NCBI GenBank assembly: GCA_951406725.2
Contig: OX597819.1
Span: 63,674,001 to 63,738,000, forward strand
From: Octopus vulgaris
Taxonomy: Eukaryota
DNA length: 64,000 nt
Direction of reading: 5' to 3'
Shown: positions 44,040 through 59,490 of the stretch, piece by piece
Layout: every line of letters begins with the position of its first letter
How positions within the stretch are numbered: position 1 is the first letter of the stretch
The notes under the pieces: generated by a model
The model's database searches: none
Seen by the model: only the letters and a program-made list of their open reading frames with translations
Told to the model about the DNA's origin: nothing
Made by a program: the position numbers and the translations under genes

Positions 44040-44703
44040 ATTCTTTTCTACTCTAGGTAAAAGGTCCGACATTTTGGGGGAGGGAGCCAGTCGATTAGAT
44101 CAACCTCAGTACGTAAATGGTACTTAATTTATCGACCCGAAAAGGATGAAAGCAAAATCGACCTCGGCGGAATTTGAAGTCAGAATGTAAAGGCAGACGA
44201 AATACAGCTATGCATTTCGCATTACATGCTAACGTTTCTTATTTCTTTATTGCCCACAAGGGGCTAAACATAGAGGGGACAAACAAGGACAGACAAAGGG
44301 ATTAAGTCGATTACATCGGCGCCAGTGCGTAACTGGTACTTAATTTATCGACCACGAAAGGATGAAAGGCAAAATCGACCTCGGCGAAATTTGAACTCAA
44401 TACTTAGCGGCAGATGAAATACCGCTAAGCATTTTGCCTGGCGTGCTAAAGTTTCTACCAGCTCACTGCCCTTACCTATTTCTTTATTACCTACAATGGG
44501 CTAAACACAGAAAGGACAAACAAGGACAGACAAACAGATTAAGTCGATTATATCGACCCCAGTGCGTAACTTGTGCTTAAGTTATCGACCCCAACAGAAT
44601 GAAAGGCACAGTCGACCTCGGCAGAATTTGAACTCAGAACGGAGCAGCAGAGGAAATACTGCTTAGCATTTCGCCCGGTGTGCTAACGTTTCTGCCAGCT
44701 TGC
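44040..44703 (-). mobile_element. Cluster of three SINE A copies: two with the Tx1-like tail, one with tail type 1
   Basis: The same body (gtacttaatttatcgacc..gaaaggatgaaaggcaaa.tcgacctcggc) occurs three times. Tails at 44242-44288 and 44479-44525 resemble LINE 9747-9796. Confidence 0.85.
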
Positions 44704-45567
44704 ATAATAATACTAATATTTATTCTGCCATAAGGAAAATGTCTGAATTCTTTTTTCGGTAGGTGACGGGGAAATTTATTTCCACCGACCCAACTGGACC
44801 TGGTATATATCTTAGTGAGCTCAAAATGCGAATTGGATCTTGGTGGTATTTGAAATGAGAGCGTAAATAATATGGAGAAATATCTCAAAGCATATTGTGT
44901 GACGTCCTGTCGATTCCCCCAGCTCACTTTAATATTTATAAGTTAACTATTTTGAAGGGCTGGGTCTGCTAAGGATATCGACTTAGTACTTGAAAATGAA
45001 TATCAAATATGACAAGAGCACAATTTAAAATAAGTATTTAAAGCGCTAGAAAAATTACTACAACTTATTTTCCAAGCCTCAAAAGAAAAAAAAAAAAGAA
45101 AACAAAAAAAACTACCAATCTAATATTGTATTTATTCACAAGACTTGGAGTTTTGAAGTGAGCATGTTTGTTTATTACATTGATCCTAGTACTGGATGTC
45201 TATTTATTGAACCCCGAAAGCAGAAAGATATAAGTTAACAACTTCTAATAGAAGCGAATATAACTGAGACAGTGCATCTTACTCATTGCCAGGCCTTCCT
45301 TGCGCATTTGACACTATTCAGCTAAACGTTAAAGTCCATTCCAATATGTTATTGTAAACTCTAGAATAAATGTGATGCCAACAACTTCGTTTCTTATTCG
45401 GCACGTTTCTTGTATTATTATGAGTTCGTTGCGACAGACAACCAGTAGAAACACGTGTCGGATTGGAAGTTGATGAGGATAATACTGTAATAGATAATGT
45501 TTAAACATGTGTGTATGCTTTTACGTATGTTTATAGCTACGTCTCCGAGTAGGTATATTTGATAGTG

Positions 45568-45942
45568 GAGGCGTAATAGCCTAGTGTTTAGAGCTGCGGG
45601 CTCGCGCTCATAGGATCGCAGTTTCGATTCCCAGACCAGGCGCTGTGTTTATTGAGCGAAAACACCTACAGCTCCCCGAGGCTCCGGCAAGGGGTGGTTG
45701 TGAACCCTGCTGGACTCTTTCACCACAACTTTCTCTCACTCTTTCTTTAGGTTTCTGCTGTACCTGCATTTCAAAGGGTCAGCATTGTCACACTCTGTCA
45801 TGCTGAATCTCCCTGAGAAATACGTTAAGAGTACACGCGTATGTGGAGTGCTCAGCCACTTGCAGGTTAATTTCACGAGTAGACTGTTCTGTTCATCGGA
45901 TCAACTGTATCCCTCGCCGTCGTAATCGACGGAGTGCCACGA
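45568..45942 (+). mobile_element. tRNA-derived SINE sharing its 3' half with family B
   Basis: A-box tagcctagtg, B-box gtttcgattccc. 3' part atttcaaagggtcagc...gttaatttcacgag...gtcgtaatcgacggagt matches 3400-3575(-). Confidence 0.8.
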
Positions 45943-46089
45943 TATTTGATAACATGTATTGTTATCATAATGGAGATATACGCCCAGTGATGTTCATGGT
46001 TTTTTTGTTTTGTCTCGTTCATTATTCGTAGTCCTTCCATTCATATTATTGAATCATTACGTGACTAATCTGGGAATACTATTAGAAAT

Positions 46090-46476
46090 ATTCTTTTCTA
46101 CACTAGGCACAAAGAACTAAATTGTGGGGAAGAGGGACAATTGATTAGATAGACCCCAGTACGTAACTGGTACTTAATTTATCGACCCCGAAAAGGTGAA
46201 AGGCAAAGTCGACCTTGGTGGAAATTTAACTATGAACGTAAAAACAGACGAAATACCTATTTATTTACAACCCACAAGGGGCTAAACACAAACGGGACAA
46301 ACAAGGACAGACAAACGGATTAAGTCGATTACATCGACCCCAGTACGTAACTGGTACTTATTTAATCGAACCTGAAAGAATGAAAAGCAAAGTCGACCTC
46401 GGCGGAACGTAAAGACAGAGGAAATACCGCTAAGCATTTCGCCCGGCGTGCTAACGTTTTTGCTAGCTCGCTGCCT
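46090..46476 (-). mobile_element. SINE A pair: Tx1-tailed copy abutting a head-less tail-type-1 copy
   Basis: Junction ...gacgaaatacc|tatttatttacaacccacaaggggctaaac at ~46257. Confidence 0.8.
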
Positions 46477-46609
46477 TACCATTAGAAATGTCATATGGGA
46501 ATGTGTAATAAGTTTACAAACCATGAGGTATTTAATATACACATAAATGCACACACACAAACTCACACACACACGCACAAACACCATGCACACTCACAAA
46601 CAAATACAT

Positions 46610-46671
46610 AAATCTATCTTCCTAAGCATTTGTCCATCTATCTCTCTATCTCTCTATCTGTTTGTCTGTCA

Positions 46672-46731
<60 letters not shown>

Positions 46732-46750
46732 GTCAGTTTGTCTGTCTCTT

Positions 46751-46786
<36 letters not shown>

Positions 46787-46851
46787 GATCTATCTATCGA
46801 TTTGTCTGTCTGTCTCTCTATTTATCTATCTATCTCTCTATCTTCCTAACC

Positions 46852-46923
<72 letters not shown>

Positions 46924-46980
46924 GTCAGTTTGTCTGTCTGCTGTCTCTCTATCTATTTAACTATCTATCTCTCTATCTTC

Positions 46981-47045
<65 letters not shown>

Positions 47046-47109
47046 GCTGTGTCTATCGATCTGTTTGTCTGTCTATCTATATAACCATCTATCAATGTGT
47101 CTATCAATA

Positions 47110-47146
<37 letters not shown>

Positions 47147-47195
47147 TGCTATTTATCTATCTATTTATCTATCAATACAGAGAAATACAGAGAAA

Positions 47196-47226
<31 letters not shown>

Positions 47227-47250
47227 AATAGAAAGAGGGAGAGAGAGAGA
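46610..47250. repeat. (ATCT)/(GTCT)/(GA) microsatellite
   Basis: Directly visible. Confidence 0.95.
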
Positions 47251-50200
47251 GAAAAGATAGTGAAAGCAAGATTTGCTTTAAGGAACCGATAGTTTCAGTT
47301 TTTGTTTACAAAATAAAGGCAAGATATGAAAGAAAGAACATACATTCCATTCAAAAATACGCATTCTGAATTAAAAACGAAAATCAATATTCCTGGTAGA
47401 AACGAAGTCCGCAAATATACAAAAAAGAAGAAAAAATAATAATAAATATAATAATAGAAAATCGTATTAGTAGGAATATAGTTATTTTAATGGAATACTA
47501 TTAGAAATGGTAATTTCAGTGGTATTGGTTGAATTGCAAATACGGTTGTTTAATGTCATTTATTTTTGTAGTTGGAGTGGATTTCGTTTTAGCTGTTGTT
47601 ATTGCTGTTGCCGATGTTGTTGTTGTTATTGTCATAAGCAATGTTATTATTGTAGTAACGTGGAGTTTTGTAATGTAAATATAAAGGATTTTACAGATTG
47701 AATATTTATGTCAATATGGCGTCAGCAGCTCATATTTTGTTAAACAGGTTGATATGGTTTATAGAGAATTTTTGGTTTGCTCATTATTCTGTAGATAAAA
47801 GTATATAAATACATTAATATATGAAGCACATTCGCACATTCATTCACACCTTTATAATGTATACATACATACATGCATACACATACACTCGCACACATAC
47901 ATATCTCCATGTATATGTCTCTTATTTGTATATGTGCGCGTTATTTCTATAGATGTGTGTATAAATCAATTTAATATATTGTTGATTATCCTTCGATTGA
48001 ACAGAGAATATTTTACATTTTAATGCATAGTAAAACATTTTTGCTAGAACCTGTTATATCATCAATAGGAAATATAAATGCGATCGCCTAGTACCTACAT
48101 ATACATGCAAAACCTAAACAAACACATACACACGAACATATACACAGCTAACCCATGCGCGCATATATAAACGTATGGGTGTGAGAGAGCGCCTGTGTAT
48201 GTGCCTGAAATATTTGTTATGCATATAAATTACCATAATCTACAAATGCATACTACCGCTCTTTCAATCATTTTACTTGTGGTGTTATAACGCTTTGTAT
48301 TATATAACACCGTAGCGAAGTTTCTTTTTTTCATTCATATACAATATTTTTTTCAGTTCTGCGGCCTGCTTGGAAATATTTCGATTGGATATTTTATTAA
48401 ATTAAATTTTTCCTGTTTTTAGATAATATTCAGATGAGCTGAATTTACAAAGAGTACTTCATAGTAGCCAAGAGGCAAACATTAGTAGTTTTAATAGTAC
48501 TAACGTCTTCAGGCTCAACAGTATGTAAGGTTCATTGAGGGTATGAAATATTTATTCCTCGTCTGTCGGTAGACCATGGGGTTGCTTATAACTAATTTGG
48601 ACATTTAAGAACGCAATGGTTAAATGAATAACACGCTTGATGTGTTACTCTGTGGTTTCGAGTGCAGACCCATTATTCACCACATTAGGAAACGCATTTT
48701 TACTATAGTCCCGCGCCAACCGTTGCCTCGTGAGCAAATTTGGCAGAGGGAAACTGTGGGGAATTTCATCGTATATATGTGTGTGCGTTTGTATTTGTGC
48801 GTGTGCGTTTCTATTTGTGCGTGTGCGTGTATGTGTGTGTGTGTGTGTTTCTATTTGTCCCCCACCATTATTTGATCACAACTGTTTGTTTATTTATGTT
48901 GTTTCTGTAACTTAGGATTTTGGCAAAAAGAAAAGTGGTTGACTAAGTTCTACATTTCGAAAAAATAAACTTTGCTGTCAGTTTGTTCGACTGAAGGAAT
49001 TAAAGTAGTTCGCCGATATGGCGCCAGTCCAACGATCGAAAGAAGTCCAAGTGAAAACATAAATGGCTTTATACAACAAATCGTTTATTGAGTCTCATCT
49101 GAGCACGAATAGTTTGTAAACTTGAAAGAATATCTAAATGTAGAGTGAAGGCACAATTCTCAAGAACTAGCTTCCCTGTATGCGGCCCTTACTACATATT
49201 CATATGCATACACAAATACGTACGAGTATACATACTCCACACACACATGATGACCGCCTCATTTAGTAAGATGTCATCCGTCTCACACAAATGATAGTCA
49301 GATATCTGTACGTCATAGGATTAGATGGCTCTGTAAACCCGCTCTCGAAACCATTTGTGAATGTTTGCTGGTCATGAATTTACAGAAAAAACTTTCCCGG
49401 ATTACGAATAACTACCATCCTCCTCCTTTGTTTGTTTGTTTCTATGTATGTATGAATGTATGTACTGTACATTATATCAACAATGCAATGATTTCAAATT
49501 TTGGCACAAGGTCAGCATAGGGTTGCAAATCTATTACATCGACCCCAGTACTCAGCTGATATTTTCTAGACCCCGAAGATATGAAAAACAAAGTCGATCT
49601 CAGAATATGAACCCAGAGTGCTAAAGCGGTCCGAAAGGCCGTTGGGTATTTTGCTTGGCCTGTTAGCGATCCTGCCATTTTGCCGCCTTGATAGAAGCAA
49701 TGAATTAACAATTAGCTATTAGGAGCTTGATGTGAGATCTTTGCATAGAATCTCCTACAACAACTACAAAAATATAAAGATTCATAACATGCCAAATATT
49801 AGTTAATATTAGTTATTTATCTCCATACTTATGACAAAAGTACTTATCAAAAAATCTGTACCTCATTAAAATATGCAAGTGATAAGCAGTATTCGTGGTA
49901 AGAATGAATACATCGAACTAAAGAAGAAACAGCCATATCTTATGGATCAATTTGTCTTACAAATATAAATATTTCATACATACGTATTGTATAACTCCAG
50001 TAAAATAAGTTTGCCTACTGCACAAACATATACCATTATTTTTCAATATGTATGCGATTAAATTTCTCAATATCTATCATGGGACAACAGATGTACTTTA
50101 GTACAGCAGCATAATGCTTTAACTCTCCCTGCACTATTTATAAGTGCAAATGTAAAGACACAGCTAGTTGCCCTCACAAAATCAAATGAATTCGAGAAAA

Positions 50201-50439
50201 AGGATCTACAATGTTGAAGTAGAGGGGAATATGATTGAATACAACTAGGGATTACACAGCTAGCAGCAATTTCTAATAGTAATAAAATGCGCAACCATCA
50301 CGATCTCTTTCAATCAACAACTGGTTCGAAATTCTAGGGATTTTCTGCTACTTCGGTGTGTTACTTTCTGCTACTTCCCTCTTCCTTATGATATGGCTTC
50401 GTCCATCCGCTACGTTAAATCAAATTTATACTCTGCCAG

Positions 50440-51175
50440 GGAACGCTTTCAGAAGAATATCTCTAGTATTGGTATGAGAAGACTATGTGTGCTTTTGAGA
50501 GAAATACTGCCGATCAGATATGCGAGAGCAACAAAAAGGAAGCCAATTCTTCGACCAGCCAATATCAAGCAGATAAAAGATTAGTGGAGAGGCCACTAGC
50601 ATTCTGGAACATTGTCATATTCTTTGATGAATCCTCATTTGCTGTATATTCTGAAGTTGTCGAGTGGGGTCTGGAGAATCTGTAGTGAAAGGATTGAAGC
50701 TAACAATGAAACACGGCAAATATTCTGTGATGGTTTCGGGAAGAATTTGGAACAATGGCAGATCAGAACTGGTGGAGTGTGAGGGAAACAAACACAGATA
50801 AATGTGTCTCTATTACAGAAAGAGCTCCTTCCAATCTTCTCTAGTGGTGAACTTATTAAAGAAGACTATTTATGGAAGATGGGGCCCCTTGTCACACAGT
50901 TAAAAACGACCCAAGAATGGTTAGAAGCGAATGAAAGTAAAAAGCTTCCATGGCCAAACCAGTCATTAGACATGAAACTTATTTAACACCTCTGGGGGAT
51001 GGAAAGGACACTTCGTAAAGAGAACAAGAATGCATCCTGGAAGCCAGATCTTTTGAGATTATTGCATGAAACTTGGGAAGACATTCCTCAAGAGAACATT
51101 CTTCATCTGATCAGTAGCATGCCCATTAGGGTCTTTGCATTGAAAAATGCAAAGGGCACGACCACTAAACATTAG
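50440..51175 (+). pseudogene. Decayed Tc1-family (DD34E) transposase
   Basis: [53 protein letters not shown]. There are 34 residues between the second D and the E position (now TAA) after correcting one frameshift. Confidence 0.85.
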
Positions 51176-51283
51176 GCATTTATGATAATTAATAAATATT
51201 TTGAATATATAATTTCAGATTTAAATAAATTTTAATGATTATAAGAGTGTCTATTTACTTCTGTGATGTGTGTGGGCATATAC

Positions 51284-51326
<43 letters not shown>

Positions 51327-51329
<3 letters not shown>

Positions 51330-51596
51330 GCCGTTCAAAATGTATCTCCGCAATAAGTATTTTATTGCAAAATAAGCAATTATAAGATGGTATACGGCTA
51401 CAAAAGAATATATTAGATTTTACAAGTCTTTAAAAAACTTTATAAGAGGTGTTGAAAGTGTTGTCCTTCATTTTTAGTAAATAAGTTGACTCTTTTACAC
51501 ATATTTTGAAATACATCTTGGCGCGTTATGGACTGTGTGAAGGTTATGATTGCGCAGGATGAATCAAATTCACGGCGGAGAGCCTTTTTGAAGACC

Positions 51597-51599
<3 letters not shown>
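51327..51599 (-). mobile_element. Tc1/mariner deletion derivative (MITE-sized) in (TA)n
   Basis: Imperfect TIRs caggccgttcaaaatgtatctccgc / gcggagagcctttttgaagaccctg with TA on both sides. Minus peptide [25 protein letters not shown]. Confidence 0.8.
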
Positions 51600-51654
<55 letters not shown>

Positions 51655-51748
51655 ATGTATATATGTATATATATATTTATATATATATATATATATATAT
51701 ACATATATATGTATATATATATATATACATATATATACATATACACGC

Positions 51749-51789
<41 letters not shown>

Positions 51790-51824
51790 CGTGTGTGCGT
51801 GCGTGTGTGTGTGAGTGTATGTAT

Positions 51825-52235
51825 GTAAAGTTTGTTATAGGCATATATAAGATTAATATCTTATATAAAGCACTACTAACAGTTAGAGAAATGGAGAAGA
51901 GGAGATGTTGCAAAATCATTAATTATAATATTTTTTACAAATATCCGTTCGCTTCTCCGACATAGCCTCTTTGTGGTCCGTCTAATTTTATTTTGTTTAT
52001 ATCTTTTTTTATGTTTTCCTTAAATTTTCTTCACTGACGAGAATGGTAATACATAACTAATTTAACTATTATTATAATCAAAGTCTTTTTCTTACATGCT
52101 GGTATTATATTTCGAAACGGTCGTATGTGAAACTTAAATTCTAATTTCAAATGTTAACACCTCTTCTCTATTTTCTAACTGTTGGTAATGTTTTATATAA
52201 GATTTTCTTATACACGCTTATAACAAAATTTTTAC
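51825..52235 (+). mobile_element. Hammerhead-bearing element with ~80-bp inverted flanks (Penelope-like)
   Basis: ttca-CTGACGA-GAAT..ATTTC-GAAACG-gt-CGTA-tgtgaa at 52030-52131. Segment 51825-51910 is an imperfect reverse complement of 52150-52232. Confidence 0.65.
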
Positions 52236-52391
52236 TTATTATTTTCATATTTTAATTGCTTGCCATAGCAAGCTATTATTTTGATATGAAGAATATTTAT
52301 TAGAAATATATCTTTTTGGACTCCCTGCCGCAAAGTTTGAATTGTTCTACTTGAACATATTTGCTCTCATATACATACATATATAAACATG

Positions 52392-52466
<75 letters not shown>

Positions 52467-53813
52467 ATGCAGAATTAGGCGGCGTGTACACATGCACACA
52501 TATATACACACACACGCACACACACACATACGTATGTAAGCATGTATTTATGTATAACTACAGCGCAAGTAAATGTATTAATACTCAAACAGTATGTTCA
52601 TATTACTACTATATCACTGATATCGTTAGAAAGCACCATATTGCTTATGTGAATTACATCCTCAGTTATTTTCATTTCTAATATGACACTTTGTGTGGTG
52701 TTTGACAGCAATATAATTATTGCGTAGAACAAAGGAGGCTTCTAGATTATACAGTGTCGGATAACACAGGCAAATATCAAAAACCAAAAGATCCACGTAT
52801 TGCAATGGAAGAATTAAGTGCAGGCAAGTATATGTTTATTTAGTATAATGGATTCTCGCTTCATTTATCATAGTTTTCTAAGTATGACTGTTATTGTTAA
52901 TGCTAGCGTAATCGAAAATATTGTTCTTACTGTTGTGTTAATGCCACATTTTGTGTTGCAAATGTTATGTGCGACCATTCACTCATTCGTTTGTATCTTT
53001 TTCATCGTCTCGTTTTCCTTCTCACCACTCTTTCTCACTACGAACACTCACATACATATTCACACAAACATATACATTCATACTCACACCCCCACAGGCA
53101 AGTACGGACACACAACACACACACACACGCACGTACATACTAGCGCACATTCACAGATGTCTGCATTGATAGCCAAAAAAGACGGAAAAATAGATATACA
53201 GAACTATATATTGACATCTATCTCTCTTTAGCTATCTATCTATCTATCTATCCATGTATCTATCTCTGTACATATAGGCACAGGCATGACTATGTGATAA
53301 GTTTGTTCGCTAACCACATTGTTCTAGTTTCAGTCCCACTGCAAGGGAACTTGATCAACAATTATCTATTCCATCCTCGAGCCAATGATAGATTTCGTAG
53401 GGAAAGAGGCATATATATATTTTAATATATATTATAATAAATATTTTTTGTCAGAATGAGATAAAATACCAAGGCTGAGAAGATTCATAGCACTTAGCAT
53501 TACCTGACACATTTGGGTCTTTGTGACACCACTACCTCCCATAACCTCTATATCATATACATATTTTATAATACATGCATATATATATACATTATAATAT
53601 ATTATAAATAAATAAATATATATATATAATTGTATTCTTATCTTATATATATTGAATTTGAAAGTATTTATGTATGATATTATGGTTCTCGTTTTGTTAA
53701 ATAAATAAGTCAACATTCTAATATCCTAAAGCTGATAAACCGACTAAATTGTTTTTCCATGTTCGTATTTGTATTATATATATGTAAATATACATGTCTA
53801 TATATGTATATAT

Positions 53814-53879
<66 letters not shown>

Positions 53880-54081
53880 GTGTGTGTATACACACACACA
53901 TGTATATATATGTCATTGTGAAAATGTTATTTTCACAATTACAACCAATGAATCTAGACAACGCACAAGACAGCCATTATGTACCCCCACCACCCAAAAA
54001 AAACACCACCACGTGGACTCTGTTGAGACTAGCAAGAAACAGTTATGACCTTTTTTTTATTACACTTAACTTTTAAAAGTA

Positions 54082-54128
54082 ATTCTGATAAGGTTCGTTT
54101 TTTCAAGAAGAACCGAAACATGTAAAAT
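54082..54128 (+). ncRNA. Minimal hammerhead-like motif (G8>A)
   Basis: att-CTGATAA-GGTTC..GAACC-GAAAC-at-GTA-aaat, with palindromic ACATGT. Confidence 0.55.
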
Positions 54129-54175
54129 CTCCAAGAAAATTAAAATTTATCTTATATAGTGGCGTTTTCAAACTT

Positions 54176-54219
<44 letters not shown>

Positions 54220-54222
<3 letters not shown>

Positions 54223-54600
54223 CTCCTTCATGTTTTGTCCAATCCTTCCAAACCGTTCTCGTATTCTCCGGCAATATTTCCAACACTTCCATCACCTTTC
54301 TCGACATTACTCTCACCATACACCACTCTGCTCTCACTTCCTCCATCCACTGCAAACACACCGACACACACCCCTGCCGTAACATCTCCCCCACTCTACT
54401 CATACCAAGCCCTCCATCCCCTACTCCCATTTTCTCCGCCTGCGCAGGCTGTGCAGGGACAACCATGACTTTCAGTAACAGTCTCAACATAAGGCTCGCC
54501 ACTTCATTCTTCGCGCATATATGTTAATCTCTATATGCACACCTGAAGCCAAGGCACTTCCATGGACTGTACCTCTGCTCTCTTTCTCCCCCGCTCTTAA
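54220..54600 (+). pseudogene. Penelope-like reverse transcriptase fragment (end of RT, thumb and linker)
   Basis: FVQSFQTVLVFSGNISNTSITFLDITLTIHHSALTSSIHCKHTDTH, then after a frameshift SIPYSHFLRLRRLCRDNHDF. Matches the PLE motifs FLD..KPTD and IPYSQFLRLRRIC. Confidence 0.8.
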
Positions 54601-55749
54601 GAATTTTCCAAGCCGATCACATAGATTATGATGTTCGCCTCCATTTTAGAAATCACACTCTCGTTTAGTTCGCGGAGTTTCTCATGGATTCGCGTGTATA
54701 AAGCAATGCATCAAGGGACGTTATTCATGGGTGGCACGTTTGGAATGTTTCTCGTCCCTGGATTTGTATTTTGAGCGAATTCTTGTGTGGTCAAAGCGTT
54801 TGCATTATTTTGTTTTTGTTCTAAGTATGGAGTTCTTATATTTGAGTGCTAAGGTAGTTTGTCATTGGGGCATATTTCGTCTCTGCGTGGAGTTTATATG
54901 TCTTTACAGATTACAAAATTCCAGAAATGGTCTATCCTGATGGGAATGACATCGCAGATGGTGGCACTAGTTTGAAGTATTTGAGTTTTAGAAAAAAAAA
55001 TTGTCTCTACACAAGCAACATTTTCCACTCAAATACTTAAAAAAATAATCACTATCGGTGACGCTAATTCCACCATGATAGACATTTTGCAGAATATGAA
55101 ATCTGACCACACATAGCAGCACATAAACTTCATGAGCAGAAGAAACACCTGATAACGGTAATTGCAGTGAATTTGCCTCCAGTGTCCGTCTACCAAATCC
55201 ACTAACAAGGCAAATCTACAACAAAATGTATATTTTTGGACTACAGCAGTATGATAATATTTTTACTCAAAGCATTTCAGTGCAGCTATCCTGGGCTATC
55301 ACCATGACGGTTTATTCCAATGCATCAAGACAGTGCTTTCGTTTCATACTTATTCAAGCGTTTCTTTTTTTGCCGAAATTGTAAGTGATCCCAGAATAAA
55401 CATCCCCTCACCGCTTAATACACTGATTCGTACACAGAACATGCACAGACACAAGCACACACATACATATATTCATGCATACATGCATGCATACATACAT
55501 GCATGCATGCATACATACACTCATACATACATACATACCCATACATGCTTACCTACATACACACATATATGTATATAGACTTTGTAGGTTAACCTGTCTA
55601 CCATTAATTTCCATTAATGCTAAGCGTGATATCTTGTAGTAACCATCAAACATGTCACGTGTAGTGTTTATGTTCATCTCTAAATTAGATGAAAACATGA
55701 TAATATAACGTGTAAATAAATGTGCAAGATAATTGGGACAAATCAAAAG

Positions 55750-55868
55750 GTATTACCTCACTTGCATGAAATTTGAATTTTGAATTTTATGCGCCGGTTA
55801 TACATCTGTATTACCTCCCTTGCATGAAATTTGAATTTTGAATTTTATGCGCCGGTTATACATCTGTA
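55750..55868 (+). repeat. 58-bp tandem duplication, one mismatch
   Basis: gtattacctc(a/c)cttgcatgaaatttgaattttgaattttatgcgccggttatacatct occurs twice. Confidence 0.92.
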
Positions 55869-56270
55869 TGCATTTTTAGAGTATGTACATGATAGTTTGT
55901 ATTTGAGTAGACATACTCTTGATAGCGGAGTTTCAGATGAGTTTCACAAATATATTTTGCATCACACTTAGTCTATAGTATCGTGAATTCATAAGATAGT
56001 ATGCTTATGAGTATTATGCTTACGTTTTATGTTTATGTATGTTTATATTTTTGAGATTCTCCGTCTACGAGACACGATTTACTGCTCAAAAGATACCGAC
56101 ACTAAAAGGTAAAAAAAAGGCTATAAGAGGAATCAAGTTGCAGATAAACAAATTAGATACATCATGTATATTAGATATATTAAATATATCAGTTTATCTA
56201 TTAAATACAATACATACATACACAAACATATGCACACATACATACACACGCACACACACACACACACACG

Positions 56271-56302
<32 letters not shown>

Positions 56303-56531
56303 CATGCCGAGAGAAAGCAAATGATGGAAAGTTTCAGATAATAAATTTTTAAGTATAAATATATAAATATTTATATTAAATGGCCCAGCTCACGTAGAGT
56401 ACAAACGCAAGAGGAAATGAAAGGAGTAGAGGAAAAGTGTTATAAATTCAATAGATGTTACTGGAGGCTCGGCGATAATAATGATCGTAGATTTAGTTCA
56501 CCATAATATGCAGCCGTATGGTTACTATTAA

Positions 56532-57804
<1,273 letters not shown>

Positions 57805-57871
57805 CAAGCAAAGTAGCTTGTTATAGAACCTCTGTAAGAAACGAACGCATTAACTGTACTGGCAAGCAATA

Positions 57872-58332
57872 CTTGTCACTACTTCAACATGGCTGTTCCC
57901 TTCGGAAAGACGTTATTGAGAATTTTGACCCCAAGAGGACATTTGCTGTAAAAGTTTAACGATGGTGCAACCTTCAGCCGATATATTGCGAGCTGGGGAG
58001 CAGACTCTACGGAGTTCGGGTGGTGGGATCAGCAGACCTGCCCGGTTTCAGGTTATTTCTGCCCTACAAGATCAGCGATTGAATGCCGCTTGAATTTTTG
58101 TATATTGCGTAATGAAGCGAGCTACTGCCAACTCTAGCAGACGAAGTATCCATCACTGAAAAAGGACGGAAACAACTCGGAACCGAGTGGGCTACTGATC
58201 CAATCTTGGAAGGTGGCAGGTGTTCGCTCCCCTACTCCAAATATATCGGATGCATGTTGCATCGTTAACCAGCTCGTGGAAGTCGCAGTAACGTCAGTTC
58301 GAATGGAGCAGCCATGTTGAAGTAGCTACAAA
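57872..58332. mobile_element. MITE-like element with ~45-bp imperfect TIRs
   Basis: ctacttcaacatggctgttcccttcggaaagacgttattg versus cagtaacgtcagttcgaatggagcagccatgttgaagtag. Confidence 0.75.
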
Positions 58333-58347
58333 CATTACACTGTGTGT

Positions 58348-58400
<53 letters not shown>

Positions 58401-59203
58401 ATCCTTGTGATTATGGTGTTGAATTCATTATTATAACACTGTGGTTACACATCACGTTGCTGCGATCCACTGAGATAGCAAAAATACTGATATATAAAAC
58501 ATAGTTCTTCCAACGTTCCTCTGCCTATAATATATATATTATTTACTTCAGTTTGGTTCCGCTCATTTACCTTAAATTTTCGTAGGCCTGTCGATCGAAC
58601 CTAAATTGCCAGATCTCTGATTTGATGTGCAGAAATAGAACCATTGAATTCTAACCGGGCTTGGGTTTTAATTGTTTTGTGATGGCTATCAGAGAATTTA
58701 TATTGAGCACCCTTCCAATATTAGTAGTACAGCGTATTCAGCGTCTTTAGTTTGTAAAAAGCAATCAGCAATATAATAGCTCAATTATTGTTAGTTCGAT
58801 TTGAATGATTTGCTTTTATTTAAATTGCATTATATTTTATGATGCAATACATAAATTATGCGTAGTAGGAAATGATATTCATATAAAATACGCTCGTTGG
58901 TGAATGAATCTTGAATCTTATTCTCTGAGCTTGTGATTAGAGTTTAACTTTATTTTCGTGCAGTAATTCAACATCTTCATCGTAACTAATTATCTTCTGT
59001 AACCGTTTGTCGGAGCTGACTTGTAGTTGCGTAATGAATGATTCCCTCTGTAAACATTACATGTGCTAGATATTTCAGCTGATGTTCAGTTCAGTAAGAT
59101 CTATCCTTATCAGAGAGTCCGAGATTATGTGCCCATGAAATAACTAGCCTTATTGCCATTGATATCGTAATGAGGAGTATCTGTTCCATTCTGATCTGAC
59201 GGT

Positions 59204-59490
59204 GGAGGCGCGTGACTTAGTGGTTAGGGTGCTGGACTGATGGTTGTATGTTTGCAGTTTCGATTCCTGGACCGGGTGACACAATTTTTATATGTTGCAT
59301 GCTTCCATGAATATGTTATCAAATGTTGCATGCTCACTTCATGTTACTACAATCCTTTTAGATGGCAAAAAAAAAAAAAAATGAAAAAACCTGCGTTATA
59401 TCGGAGTCCCGTCCAGCGAAAAAAGAAACCCCACAGAAAACGGGACAGCGGCCCCATGACTTTATATGGCTGGAGAAGGATGCGTCGCCT
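59204..59490 (+). mobile_element. Degenerate tRNA-derived SINE
   Basis: ggaggcgcgtgacttagtggttagg (A-box)...gtttcgattcctgg (B-box). 3' boundary uncertain. Confidence 0.6.
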
